Shown in pieces: positions 25,816-34,366 of a stretch of DNA of 55,023 nucleotides (position 1 is the stretch's first letter; every line of letters begins with the position of its first letter). Under the pieces are notes generated by a model, which searched no databases, was not told the DNA's origin, and worked only from the letters and a program-made list of their open reading frames with translations. Location of the stretch: positions 1-55,023 of the forward strand of contig JBAQUT010000022.1 of the NCBI GenBank assembly GCA_049297695.1, read 5' to 3'. The position numbers and the translations under genes were made by a program. The stretch is from Alphaproteobacteria bacterium (GTDB lineage: Bacteria > Pseudomonadota > Alphaproteobacteria > UBA2136 > UBA6156).

Positions 25816-28800
25816 ATGGGCTTGATACTTCTGAAAGCCATGATGGCGGTAATACTAGCAGCCGCAGGCGTGGTGTATGTGGGCGATAAGCTGGATGTAA
25901 CCGAACGCCCCGCCATGAGCTATTGGCAGCATGTTAACCATATCACAGGGCAAGCATGGCACACACTTCAAATCTCGTTGGGTGTGGCGCCAGGTGGGGC
26001 TGGCGCGCAAGGACAGCCTTTTCGGCTAGAAAGTCTGTGCCCAACTACCATCCAACACATCGATATCAACGGTGTTACCCAGCTGGATGCGGGCAAACTC
26101 AGCCGCGAGGCCCCGTTGCTGGAAGGCAAACCCTACGAGATGGGGAAGGGGCTGGCGCTGTTCCGGTACATCAAAGAGGCCTACCAGCGCCAAGGTTTGC
26201 CCAACCCCGTGCTGAGTTTGCATTTGGATGCCGTGTGCCAAGGCCGTGTAGTGGTGCAGGTTACCGAAGGTTTGCTGCAACCGCCCCCCACGATGGACGA
26301 GGCTATGCACATCGCCCAGCAAGCGGTCGTGCTTCCCAAGCTGCAGGGGGGTGGTTATGGGCCGCGGGCGTTGCTTCTGCCCCCCCACCAAGGTGGCTGG
26401 ACATGGCACGATGTGCCCGACGAAGCCCTTGCTCCCCAGCAGGTTGCCCCCACTGTTCAACCTCCAGCCGAAGTGGAACTGAGTGTGAAAAGCGCAACCG
26501 GAGTATCTCCTCCCAGTGGTTGGGCCGAAGCCAGCGCCGACCAAAGCGCCCCTGTTGCTCCAGGGTGGCAGGGAGAAACCCCCAACGACGAGAATTTGTT
26601 GATTGTGGGCGTGATGGTCAACGGGCGAGTGGTCTCCCGCGGGGTGGCCACGTACATGGATGAATCGGGCGGTGAAATCTGGATTCCCTTAGGGTTTTTA
26701 GTACGGGTGATGGGCTTCCCCATGCAGGTGGATGTGGCGGCAGGCACGGTGGAAGGCTGGTTTGTGCGCGAAGAAAACCGCGTGTACCTAAACATGGCCA
26801 ACGAACGCCTGATTGCCCAAGGCCGCGAGCAACCTTACCCAAAAGGCCAAATCCAGCGCTGGGAGGATGATATGTATGTGAAAGAAAGCTTGGTGGGGAA
26901 ACTGTTCCCCTTAAAGGCCCGTTTGGATATGAATGAATTGATGTTGGTGCTGACCACCACCGAAGCTTTGCCCGAAGAAGAACGCTTGATACGGGAAGCC
27001 ACATGGGAACAGATGGAAGCCGGAAAGCGTTTGAACGCCGCCAACGATATGAAAGATGCCATAACATTGCCCTACCCCCTGATAGATAAGCCCTTGGTGC
27101 GCTTGAACGGCGGGCTGACCACCCAACGCCCCTCCCAGGGGGAATCAACCTATCAAAGCAACGTTTCGGTACAGGCCGAAGGTGCGTTGCTGTATGGAAG
27201 CGCCCAAGTTACGTTGGGGGCCGAGCGCACGGCGGACGGGCAAACAAAGCTTGTGGATGGGAACGCCCTATGGTCGAGGGATAGCCTTCAGCCCGATATG
27301 TTGGGGGTGCTGAAGGCAACGGGGGTGCAGGTGGGGGATATCCGCGCCGCCCAACCGCCGCTAGCCCGCATGGAAGCAGGTGGGGTAGGGGTGCGAGTTC
27401 ATAACCGTCCGTTCCAGCGGGTGGATAACCCCGACAGGTTGGTGATTGAAGGCTTGGCGCCGGTGGGTTGGGATGTGGAGATTTATCAAGACCAAAGTTT
27501 GCTGGCCTACCAGCGGGTGGATGGCACGGGTAAGTATGTGTTTGAGGCGTTGCCGTTGCGGGTGGGGCTGAACATGTTTCGGATTTTGGAATTTGGCCCC
27601 CAAGGCGAAAAACGGGAACGGCAAGAGCGGTACTTTTTGGGGCAGGATATGCCCTCCAAGGGTGAGGTTCAATACGACACCACCGTGTACCAACCCCGTG
27701 GAAAAGTGTTGCATCTGGCCGATACGCCGTTGGAAACCGACCCCGTGCAAATGGCCCAGCGGTTGGAATTGGGGCTTAGCAACAATGCGGCGTTGCAGGT
27801 TGGGGTGTACGGGGTTGGTGCCGGGGTATCGCAAACCCAGCAAGGGGCTACGGCTGGGCTTAGGGGCACGTGGGCGGGGGTTTATGGCACGCTGGATGCC
27901 ATGCGCACCCAGCAGGGGGGGCAAAGCTATGCGACCTCGGCCCGCAACACGGTGGCGGGAGTTGATATGCGGATTGCAGGCCTGATGAACCGTGGTTTTA
28001 CGGGTGACAGCGAGATAACCGACGCCTACGAAGCCGAAGTAAGCCGCATGGTGCGGATGGGACTTGTGGGGGTGGATGGTACTTTAAGTTACAACACCAG
28101 CCGTAACGCCAGCAACGCGTGGCAGCACACTCTGAATCAACGAACAGGCATAAGTTACAAAGGCTTCAACGTAAGCCATGTTCTGGAACACGGGTGGGGC
28201 GAAAACAGCACCCCAACATGGCAAGGCAATGCCGAATTGGCGGGGCGTTGGGATGCGTTAAGCTGGCGTAGCAGTGTGGCGTACAACCCCAATGCCCCCC
28301 GCGTGCTGACGCGCTTGGGTATCAACGGCCAAATGCCTGTGGCGGACAGGCTGAGCGTGGACGGAAGCTATACCTTTGCCAACCAAGGGGATGGGTTAAG
28401 CACGTTGCTTGGGAACGTGCGGTACGATATGGGGGCGTATGCCTTGGGCTTTCAAGGCCAAGCCGACAGCGTGGGCAACATGGGGTTGGGGCTAACCTTC
28501 AGCAGCTTGCTGGTGCCCACCGATGACGGCGGTTACCGTCAAGCGCACCCCAACTATGGCAGCGGCCTTGGCCGTGCGTTGGTGAGGGTGTTTACCGATA
28601 GCAATGAGAATGGCGCTTACGACGAGGGCGAGCCTTTGATGGAAGGCGTGGCCATACGCAACCGAACGCGCGGCACCCGCCACCTTACCAAGCATACAGG
28701 GCTGGCCTTGGTGGATAACTTGCCCGCCAACACGCCTGTGCGGTTGGAAATTGAAGATGAATCCATCAACGATATTTTCTTGAAACCTACCAAGCCATCC

Positions 28801-29229
28801 ATCGCCGTTGTGGGGAATGTTGGGGCCAAAGGAACGGTGGATATACCCTTGGTAAGGTTTGGCGAGGTGGAAGGCACGTTGTTTAGTGCCAACGCCCAAG
28901 GGGTGGTGCGCCCCGTGGCCCGCCTGATGGTGCAACTGGTGAACACGCAAGGCGATGTGGTGGATTATGCCGTGAGTGAGAATGACGGCTATTTTGCCAT
29001 GGCCCCCGTGCCGTTGGGCACCTACAGCGTGCGCTTAAAACCCGGTGAAGATACGGCCAGCGGCTACGTGTTAAGCCAGCCTGTGACCGTAGCCTTAACC
29101 CATGCCCAAAATACGTTAAGTGATGTAGGCGTGATGCTGACCGAAGTGGAGCCTGTAGATGCCACCCATGCAACGCCGGAAGGAGGCGAAACGGGCCGTG
29201 CGGCAGGCAGCGTCAACGTGATGCCGTAA
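25816..29229 (+). CDS. Giant outer-membrane usher-like protein with POTRA-like N-terminal and Ig-like C-terminal domains
   Basis: 1137 aa. POTRA-like IQHIDINGVTQLDAGKL...VVVQVTEG. Usher-N-like LLIVGVMVNGRVVSRGVATYMDESGGEIWIPLGFL. Beta-barrel-like Gly/aromatic middle. SdrD-B-like FTDSNENGAYDEGEP and CarboxypepD_reg-like ENDGYFAMAPVPLGTYSV. Confidence 0.65.
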   Translation: MGLILLKAMMAVILAAAGVVYVGDKLDVTERPAMSYWQHVNHITGQAWHTLQISLGVAPGGAGAQGQPFRLESLCPTTIQHIDINGVTQLDAGKLSREAPLLEGKPYEMGKGLALFRYIKEAYQRQGLPNPVLSLHLDAVCQGRVVVQVTEGLLQPPPTMDEAMHIAQQAVVLPKLQGGGYGPRALLLPPHQGGWTWHDVPDEALAPQQVAPTVQPPAEVELSVKSATGVSPPSGWAEASADQSAPVAPGWQGETPNDENLLIVGVMVNGRVVSRGVATYMDESGGEIWIPLGFLVRVMGFPMQVDVAAGTVEGWFVREENRVYLNMANERLIAQGREQPYPKGQIQRWEDDMYVKESLVGKLFPLKARLDMNELMLVLTTTEALPEEERLIREATWEQMEAGKRLNAANDMKDAITLPYPLIDKPLVRLNGGLTTQRPSQGESTYQSNVSVQAEGALLYGSAQVTLGAERTADGQTKLVDGNALWSRDSLQPDMLGVLKATGVQVGDIRAAQPPLARMEAGGVGVRVHNRPFQRVDNPDRLVIEGLAPVGWDVEIYQDQSLLAYQRVDGTGKYVFEALPLRVGLNMFRILEFGPQGEKRERQERYFLGQDMPSKGEVQYDTTVYQPRGKVLHLADTPLETDPVQMAQRLELGLSNNAALQVGVYGVGAGVSQTQQGATAGLRGTWAGVYGTLDAMRTQQGGQSYATSARNTVAGVDMRIAGLMNRGFTGDSEITDAYEAEVSRMVRMGLVGVDGTLSYNTSRNASNAWQHTLNQRTGISYKGFNVSHVLEHGWGENSTPTWQGNAELAGRWDALSWRSSVAYNPNAPRVLTRLGINGQMPVADRLSVDGSYTFANQGDGLSTLLGNVRYDMGAYALGFQGQADSVGNMGLGLTFSSLLVPTDDGGYRQAHPNYGSGLGRALVRVFTDSNENGAYDEGEPLMEGVAIRNRTRGTRHLTKHTGLALVDNLPANTPVRLEIEDESINDIFLKPTKPSIAVVGNVGAKGTVDIPLVRFGEVEGTLFSANAQGVVRPVARLMVQLVNTQGDVVDYAVSENDGYFAMAPVPLGTYSVRLKPGEDTASGYVLSQPVTVALTHAQNTLSDVGVMLTEVEPVDATHATPEGGETGRAAGSVNVMP

Positions 29230-29232
29230 ATT

Positions 29233-30045
29233 TTAAAAGGCCAAGGTGCCCATTTGGTAAACCGTTTCAGGTGCTTTGTCGGTGGCGGGTTCGGCCAGCT
29301 TCACGGTAGCAAGGCCTTGGTAGGCCATGCCTTCGGGGGTGAGGGGCAGGTTCAGCACCACGGCATCGGCCTCGCGGTACACGCGCACGCGGCGGGGCGA
29401 AATAAGGTTGGTGCCCTCAGGCGTGGTCACGGTTAGCATGGCGGTGGCCTCGGCATTGCCGGTGCGGGTAAACGGCACCAGCACGGCACGGGGAGACGCA
29501 TCGGTAGGGCTTGTGAAGCTGGCAATACCCATGGCAAGGCTGCTGGAAACAACCCCGTGTTGCACCACCACGGGGATGGCAACCCCAAACAACGCGCCAA
29601 TCTTAAACTCAACCCCTTTGGTGGTGGCGGATGTTTGGGTGGTGGAAACAATATTTTGGGCCAGTTGCTCTTCAAACAGCAAGTGCGTGTGGTAGTCACC
29701 CTCGGCAAGGCCGGCGGGGCGGCGGGCCATAATGCGTACGGCTTGGCGTTGGCCGGGTTCCAGTGTAATGCGGCGAGGCATAAAGCGCAGCATACGTTTG
29801 CTGGAATAGGCAAAATCTTCGGCCGTTTCCGTAACTCCTTGGCTGTTCATGGTTTGGTCGGTCAGCTGCACCACGTAGTGCTTTACCGTATCGCTTTTGT
29901 TGGTGACGGTGATGACGGAGGTATCTTGCCCGCTTGGTATCTCCACCCGCAAAGGCGATACAAACAGCAAGGCATCGACTGCGTGGGTAGGCACGCCAAG
30001 CAAGCTGGTGGCACATACAAACATGGCGGCAAGGTTGCGGAACAT
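29233..30045 (-). CDS. Periplasmic fimbrial chaperone (PapD-like)
   Basis: Signal peptide MFRNLAAMFVCATSLLGVPTHA. N-domain pattern VSPLRVEIPSGQDTSVITVTNKSD and RITLEPGQRQAVRI are typical of pilus chaperones. Confidence 0.75.
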   Translation of the reverse strand: MFRNLAAMFVCATSLLGVPTHAVDALLFVSPLRVEIPSGQDTSVITVTNKSDTVKHYVVQLTDQTMNSQGVTETAEDFAYSSKRMLRFMPRRITLEPGQRQAVRIMARRPAGLAEGDYHTHLLFEEQLAQNIVSTTQTSATTKGVEFKIGALFGVAIPVVVQHGVVSSSLAMGIASFTSPTDASPRAVLVPFTRTGNAEATAMLTVTTPEGTNLISPRRVRVYREADAVVLNLPLTPEGMAYQGLATVKLAEPATDKAPETVYQMGTLAF

Positions 30046-30102
30046 GGTAAAAATCCCCCTTAGGTTATGTTTGGGTGTTACCCTAACACATAACCTCAAA
30101 GG

Positions 30103-30501
30103 TTAGAAGTACAGGATATCCGTCCACGTGCGTTCCAACGCGGCAGGGGTTCCCACAGGGCTTGGTGGAAATACGACGGAAAGAGGGGTGTTGCCTATAG
30201 CCCTGTAAGTAACACAACGGCGGTTATGCACATGGCTCCCTCGGCAGGTGGTGATGCTGGGGGGAGTGATACCCGTAGGAATATGGAAAGCGATGGTTTT
30301 ACGGTCGGCGGAGGAGGCGTCATCGTACTGCGCCGTAAGGCTGGCTTGCTGAAACTGTGCCCGAACGTTAATTTTAGTTTGAAGTGGGCCGGCGGCGGGC
30401 TCAATGTCGGTTGTAATTGGATGCTTCCACACCATTGCGCATACCCCAAAAAACACCACAAGGGCAACAACACACAAGGTTTTCAATATGTCGTGGTACA
30501 T
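30103..30501 (-). CDS. Hypothetical membrane-anchored or secreted protein in the fimbrial locus
   Basis: 132 aa. N-terminal hydrophobic helix. Lies between the pilin terminator and the chaperone. Weak RBS. Confidence 0.4.
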   Translation of the reverse strand: MYHDILKTLCVVALVVFFGVCAMVWKHPITTDIEPAAGPLQTKINVRAQFQQASLTAQYDDASSADRKTIAFHIPTGITPPSITTCRGSHVHNRRCVTYRAIGNTPLSVVFPPSPVGTPAALERTWTDILYF

Positions 30502-30548
30502 GGTGCCTACGTATAAAATGTTTGCAAGCCATCATTCACGATATTCCC

Positions 30549-30578
30549 AAAAAACCAAACCCCCATGCGGGGGTTTGG
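30549..30578 (-). terminator. Rho-independent terminator after the major pilin-like gene
   Basis: 10-bp stem CCAAACCCCC (30555-30564) / GGGGGTTTGG (30569-30578), ATGC loop, and a TTTTTT run on the minus strand (30549-30554). Confidence 0.75.
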
Positions 30579-30595
30579 CAGGGTGGAGTGGTACC

Positions 30596-31177
30596 TTATT
30601 GGTACACGGCACGCACAGTAACGGGAGTACCACCAGCCAAGGCGCTGCTGTAATCGCCGCTGGCAATGGTTGCGTTACCCACAATGCGGGCTCCCAACAG
30701 GATTTTGTCGGTACCATCCAGCGTGTGGCTGTGGGGAGTAGTGCCCACGCCGGCGCAGGTGTAGGCGGCCGAGCCGTAAGCGGCACCGGTGTTCATGTCC
30801 AGTTTCACTTCGTTCACAGCTACGGTTGCAGCACTGGCGTTGGCCAAGGTGGCACCGGTGGAGCATGAAATGTTCACGGCGCTGGTAGCTGCACCGCCAA
30901 TATCTACATCACCGGCCGTACCCGTGGTAGGGCCCGAGAAGGCAACGCCTGCGTAAGCAATAGCGCCGCTGCTGCCCATGCTGATGGTATCTGTACCGGC
31001 AGGAGTACCCGCAAATTCAATGGGAGTTGCGCCGTTGGTAAAATCGATGTCTTGGTTTTTGGTCAGCGTCAAAGCTTGACGGAAGGTAGCCAAAACGTCC
31101 ACGTTTTGGTCTACGGCAACGGCCGTACCGGCAACAATGGCGGTGGCGGCGGTTAACATGGTCAATTTTTTCAACAT
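30596..31177 (-). CDS. Secreted major fimbrial subunit-like protein (DUF4402-like)
   Basis: ATG at 31177 with an AAAGGA RBS. Signal peptide MLKKLTMLTAATAIVAGTAVA. Gly/Ala/Thr-rich. C-terminus GDYSSALAGGTPVTVRAVYQ. Strong terminator follows, as is typical of a major pilin. Confidence 0.65.
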   Translation of the reverse strand: MLKKLTMLTAATAIVAGTAVAVDQNVDVLATFRQALTLTKNQDIDFTNGATPIEFAGTPAGTDTISMGSSGAIAYAGVAFSGPTTGTAGDVDIGGAATSAVNISCSTGATLANASAATVAVNEVKLDMNTGAAYGSAAYTCAGVGTTPHSHTLDGTDKILLGARIVGNATIASGDYSSALAGGTPVTVRAVYQ

Positions 31178-31236
31178 GGTATAATCCTTTGTGTTGTTGT
31201 GTCTTTTTATCGCCCAAGGAAGAAGGGATGATAATT

Positions 31237-31248
31237 TGACATATGTCA
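31237..31248. promoter_or_regulatory. Perfect 12-bp palindrome upstream of the pilin-like gene (candidate operator)
   Basis: TGACATATGTCA at 31237-31248, followed by a further ATGACAT half-site (31254-31260), 60 nt upstream of the ATG at 31177. Confidence 0.3.
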
Positions 31249-31450
31249 TATCTATGACATGGAGTTAGATTAGCTGTATGTCGGACAAAGTTGCTAGACA
31301 TGCCTATTTTTTGACCAGATGGGGGTGTGGTAAATATCAGACAAATGATGTAATATGATCAAATATGCAATAAGATAGCCATGTTTTCTAATATGTCGTG
31401 CCGTGTCGTTTCCCCTGTATTCTCCAACAAGCATCGTATATCCTCACACA

Positions 31451-32041
31451 ATGTCGCTAATCCGTATCGCCACCTTGGAGCATCTATATACCGCCATCCG
31501 AGCCTTTGAAGGCTGCCCGCTGAAGCACGGCGCCACCCAAGCCGTGCTGGGCGATGGCAACCCTGCCAGCGGCATTGTGGTGGTGGGTGAGGCTCCGGGC
31601 TCTGAGGAAGACGCCAGTGGTAAACCCTTTGTGGGCCGTAGCGGCAAGCTGCTCGATAAGCTGATGGGCGAGGTGGGGTTGAACCGCGGGAATGTTTACA
31701 TTACCAACACCGTGTTCTGGCGGCCCCCTAACAACCGCCCGCCCACACCTGCCGAGGTGGAGGCTTGCCGCCCGTTTGTGGAGAAACACTTGGCCTTGCT
31801 AAACCCCCGCTTGCTGATTCTGGTAGGCGCCACCGCCGCCAAAACCGTGTTGCGCACCAAGGCCCCGTTAGGAGAGTTGCGCAACGTGCTTCACCGTGTG
31901 GGCAACCCGTATTTGGCAGAGCCTATACCTGCTATAGTCACGTTTCACCCCGCCTATCTGCTCCGTAATCCGCCGGCTACGCCAACGGCCCAGGGGGATT
32001 GGTTGCGTATATCTCAACACATCAAAGGAATATCATCATGA
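31451..32041 (+). CDS. Uracil-DNA glycosylase, family 4
   Basis: GEAPGSEEDASGKPFVGRSGKLL and HPAYLLRNP motifs. The ORF is open from GTG 31403. Confidence 0.9.
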   Translation: MSLIRIATLEHLYTAIRAFEGCPLKHGATQAVLGDGNPASGIVVVGEAPGSEEDASGKPFVGRSGKLLDKLMGEVGLNRGNVYITNTVFWRPPNNRPPTPAEVEACRPFVEKHLALLNPRLLILVGATAAKTVLRTKAPLGELRNVLHRVGNPYLAEPIPAIVTFHPAYLLRNPPATPTAQGDWLRISQHIKGISS

Positions 32042-32373
32042 ACATTCAAACCTACCAAACCACCGTTGATGCTTGGATCAAAACCATGGGCGGGTATTTC
32101 AGCCCGCTTTCGCAATTGGCCCAACTGACCGAGGAAGTGGGCGAGCTGGCCCGCCTCATCAACCGCGTGCATGGCGACCAAAGCTTTAAAAAGGGCGAGA
32201 AAGATGAGGCGAGTATTCCCGATGAGATGGCGGATATCCTGTTCACGCTTACCTGCATGGCCAACACGCTGAAGATAGACCTGACCAACGCCGTGGCCCG
32301 TAACATGGAGAAAAAGACAGCGCGGGATGCTACGCGCCATACAAAAAATGGTAAATTGCCTCTGAACATATAA
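32038..32373 (+). CDS. mazG: MazG-like nucleotide pyrophosphohydrolase
   Basis: EEVGELA and EMADILF metal-binding motifs. ATGA overlap with the UDG stop. AAAGGAA RBS. Confidence 0.85.
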   Translation: MNIQTYQTTVDAWIKTMGGYFSPLSQLAQLTEEVGELARLINRVHGDQSFKKGEKDEASIPDEMADILFTLTCMANTLKIDLTNAVARNMEKKTARDATRHTKNGKLPLNI

Positions 32374-32418
32374 TCCTCGTTCCCTTTTCATGCCCCGCCA
32401 AACCTGTTACACAACGGT

Positions 32419-33246
32419 ATGAGCATTACCCAAATCCCCCATGTGAAGCATGTTATTGCTGTGGCCAGCGGCAAAGGTGGCGTGGGCAAAAGCACCACGG
32501 CGGTAAACCTTGCAGTGGCGTTGGCAGCCAGCGGCAAGCGCGTAGGGCTGTTGGATGCCGACGTGTACGGCCCCAGCCAGCCCCGTATGTTGGGCGTGGC
32601 GGATAAAGAACCCATGAGCGATGGCAAAGAAATTGAGCCCGTGATTGGCCATGGCGTGCGGATGATGAGCATGGGCTTTATGGTGGACGAACACACCCCC
32701 ATGGTATGGCGCGGCCCCATGGTGCAAAGCGCCCTGATGCAAATGTTGCGGCAAGTACGTTGGGGCACGGCCAAGGCACCATTGGATGTGCTGGTGGTAG
32801 ACATGCCCCCCGGCACAGGCGATACCCAGCTGACCATGGTGCAGCAAGTGGCCCTCAGCGGCGCCGTGATTGTGAGCACTCCGCAAGATATTGCCCTGAT
32901 TGACGCCCGCAAGGGGTTAGAGATGTTCAAAAAAACCAACGTACCCATTTTGGGCATTGTGGAGAACATGAGCATGTTTTGTTGCCCCCATTGCGGGAAG
33001 GATACGCCCATTTTCAGCGAAGGCGGCGCCCGCGCTATGGCGAAGGAACTGGGGTACGAACTGTTGGCCGAAGTACCGTTGGATGTGCAAATCCGTACCA
33101 ATACCGACGAGGGGAAACCCTTGGTGCTCAGCGCGCCTGATAGCAAGGCTGCGGCTATTTACCGTGATTTGGCAACGAACGTATGGGAAGCCCTGAAAGT
33201 TGCCGAAGCCCGCAAGCCTGGGCCGGTGAAGATTGTGATTGAGTAA
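32419..33246 (+). CDS. apbC: Fe-S cluster carrier ATPase, Mrp/ApbC/NBP35 family
   Basis: Deviant Walker A ASGKGGVGKSTT and the CPHCG cluster-binding motif. Confidence 0.93.
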   Translation: MSITQIPHVKHVIAVASGKGGVGKSTTAVNLAVALAASGKRVGLLDADVYGPSQPRMLGVADKEPMSDGKEIEPVIGHGVRMMSMGFMVDEHTPMVWRGPMVQSALMQMLRQVRWGTAKAPLDVLVVDMPPGTGDTQLTMVQQVALSGAVIVSTPQDIALIDARKGLEMFKKTNVPILGIVENMSMFCCPHCGKDTPIFSEGGARAMAKELGYELLAEVPLDVQIRTNTDEGKPLVLSAPDSKAAAIYRDLATNVWEALKVAEARKPGPVKIVIE

Positions 33247-33247
33247 G

Positions 33248-33276
33248 TTGACAGTATACGTTGTGTGTGGTTGAAT
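33248..33276 (+). promoter_or_regulatory. Putative promoter with TTGACA abutting GTATAC, 1 nt after the apbC stop
   Basis: TAA 33244-33246. TTGACA 33248-33253. GTATAC 33254-33259. TTGAAT 33271-33276 after a 17-nt spacer. Confidence 0.4.
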
Positions 33277-33309
33277 GAGGAAGATTATTCAATTTTACGG
33301 AGGATTTTC

Positions 33310-33750
33310 ATGAGCGTTTGGGCAAATGATAAAGGTATTGTTGATGTGGATGATATGAGAGAGAGGTCATTAGAGTACTCTCATCAACAAGGGTTTTGGG
33401 ATTATGCTGGTAGCAATGATTTATCGCAACAACGTTTTAATCAGATTGTTGATATGATTAGAGTGCATATGCATGCTCAGGATCAAACTTGTAATCCTTT
33501 GATTGTGAGAGATGTAACACATTGGTCCAGAAGTAAAAATCAAAGAGATAAAGCTTACTTATCAGGGATGATAGATGGCCTACAAAGTAAGCTCAAAGGA
33601 GTAACGGTTTCTGTTGTTAAACAGCAGAAAAAAACAACATTTCTCCGCCGTCCTTACACGAAAGACTTTATGGTCTTAACTCCTGATCAAAAACAAATTG
33701 AAGAACGTCCCAGTGTCAAATACGAAGTTGAGGGGCATATTTTAGGTTAA
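33310..33750 (+). CDS. Hypothetical protein (AT-richer ORFan)
   Basis: ATG at 33310 with a GGAGGA RBS. 146 aa. No recognisable motif. Confidence 0.55.
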   Translation: MSVWANDKGIVDVDDMRERSLEYSHQQGFWDYAGSNDLSQQRFNQIVDMIRVHMHAQDQTCNPLIVRDVTHWSRSKNQRDKAYLSGMIDGLQSKLKGVTVSVVKQQKKTTFLRRPYTKDFMVLTPDQKQIEERPSVKYEVEGHILG

Positions 33751-34043
33751 TCGTTTAACCCAAATTCACCGTTATGCTTATCAACACGGGCGCTAGCATT
33801 AAGGCCGATTATATGTCCGGGGGTTGTTTGAAAATACATTGCCAACTGCTCATCTGATACGCTCATCAATGGGCGTAGGTGACGCATAAGTGTGGCTGGA
33901 ATGGTGGATGGAGTTTCAAGAAATGCTTTGATGTCATCCAGTGTTACAGGTTTTAAAAGTTCGGGTGTGCAACGGCAAATAGCTTGAAAGCGGGGGCTTT
34001 GTACAAGGTCGTTCATCATGGAGAGTTGAACTTCGGGTGTCAT
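33747..34043 (-). CDS. Hypothetical small protein (AT-richer), last gene of the ppiD transcription unit
   Basis: 98 aa from the ATG at 34043, which overlaps the upstream stop as ATGA. Its stop overlaps the convergent gene's stop (TTAA at 33747-33750). Confidence 0.5.
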   Translation of the reverse strand: MTPEVQLSMMNDLVQSPRFQAICRCTPELLKPVTLDDIKAFLETPSTIPATLMRHLRPLMSVSDEQLAMYFQTTPGHIIGLNASARVDKHNGEFGLND

Positions 34044-34366
34044 TCCGCCACCACCTCCACCGTGTTGCCAGCCGCGTTGCCTGTGGCAGCCTCTTGCAAA
34101 ATCACACCTTGTTTGGCTTCGCGTTCCAACAAATCGCGGATTATTTCCAAACGGGCCGTAGCCAGCTTGCGGCCTTGTTCGGGCAGCATCACGGTAAAGC
34201 GGGTTTGGCCGGCACGGGCTTTGGCCAGCAAGGCGCGCAGCGGTTTGGCATCGTCTTGCGCCACCCAATGGTTGTTCGCCTTGTAAACCAGCGTTTCGGC
34301 AAGGGCAGGGGAGGTAATTCCCCCCAAGCCAAGCAGCATCACAAAGGTAAAAGCAAAGGGCTTCAT
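34040..34366 (-). CDS. Secreted hypothetical protein
   Basis: Signal peptide MKPFAFTFVMLLGLGGITSPALA. The ATG at 34366 overlaps the ppiD stop as ATGA. Confidence 0.55.
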   Translation of the reverse strand: MKPFAFTFVMLLGLGGITSPALAETLVYKANNHWVAQDDAKPLRALLAKARAGQTRFTVMLPEQGRKLATARLEIIRDLLEREAKQGVILQEAATGNAAGNTVEVVAE

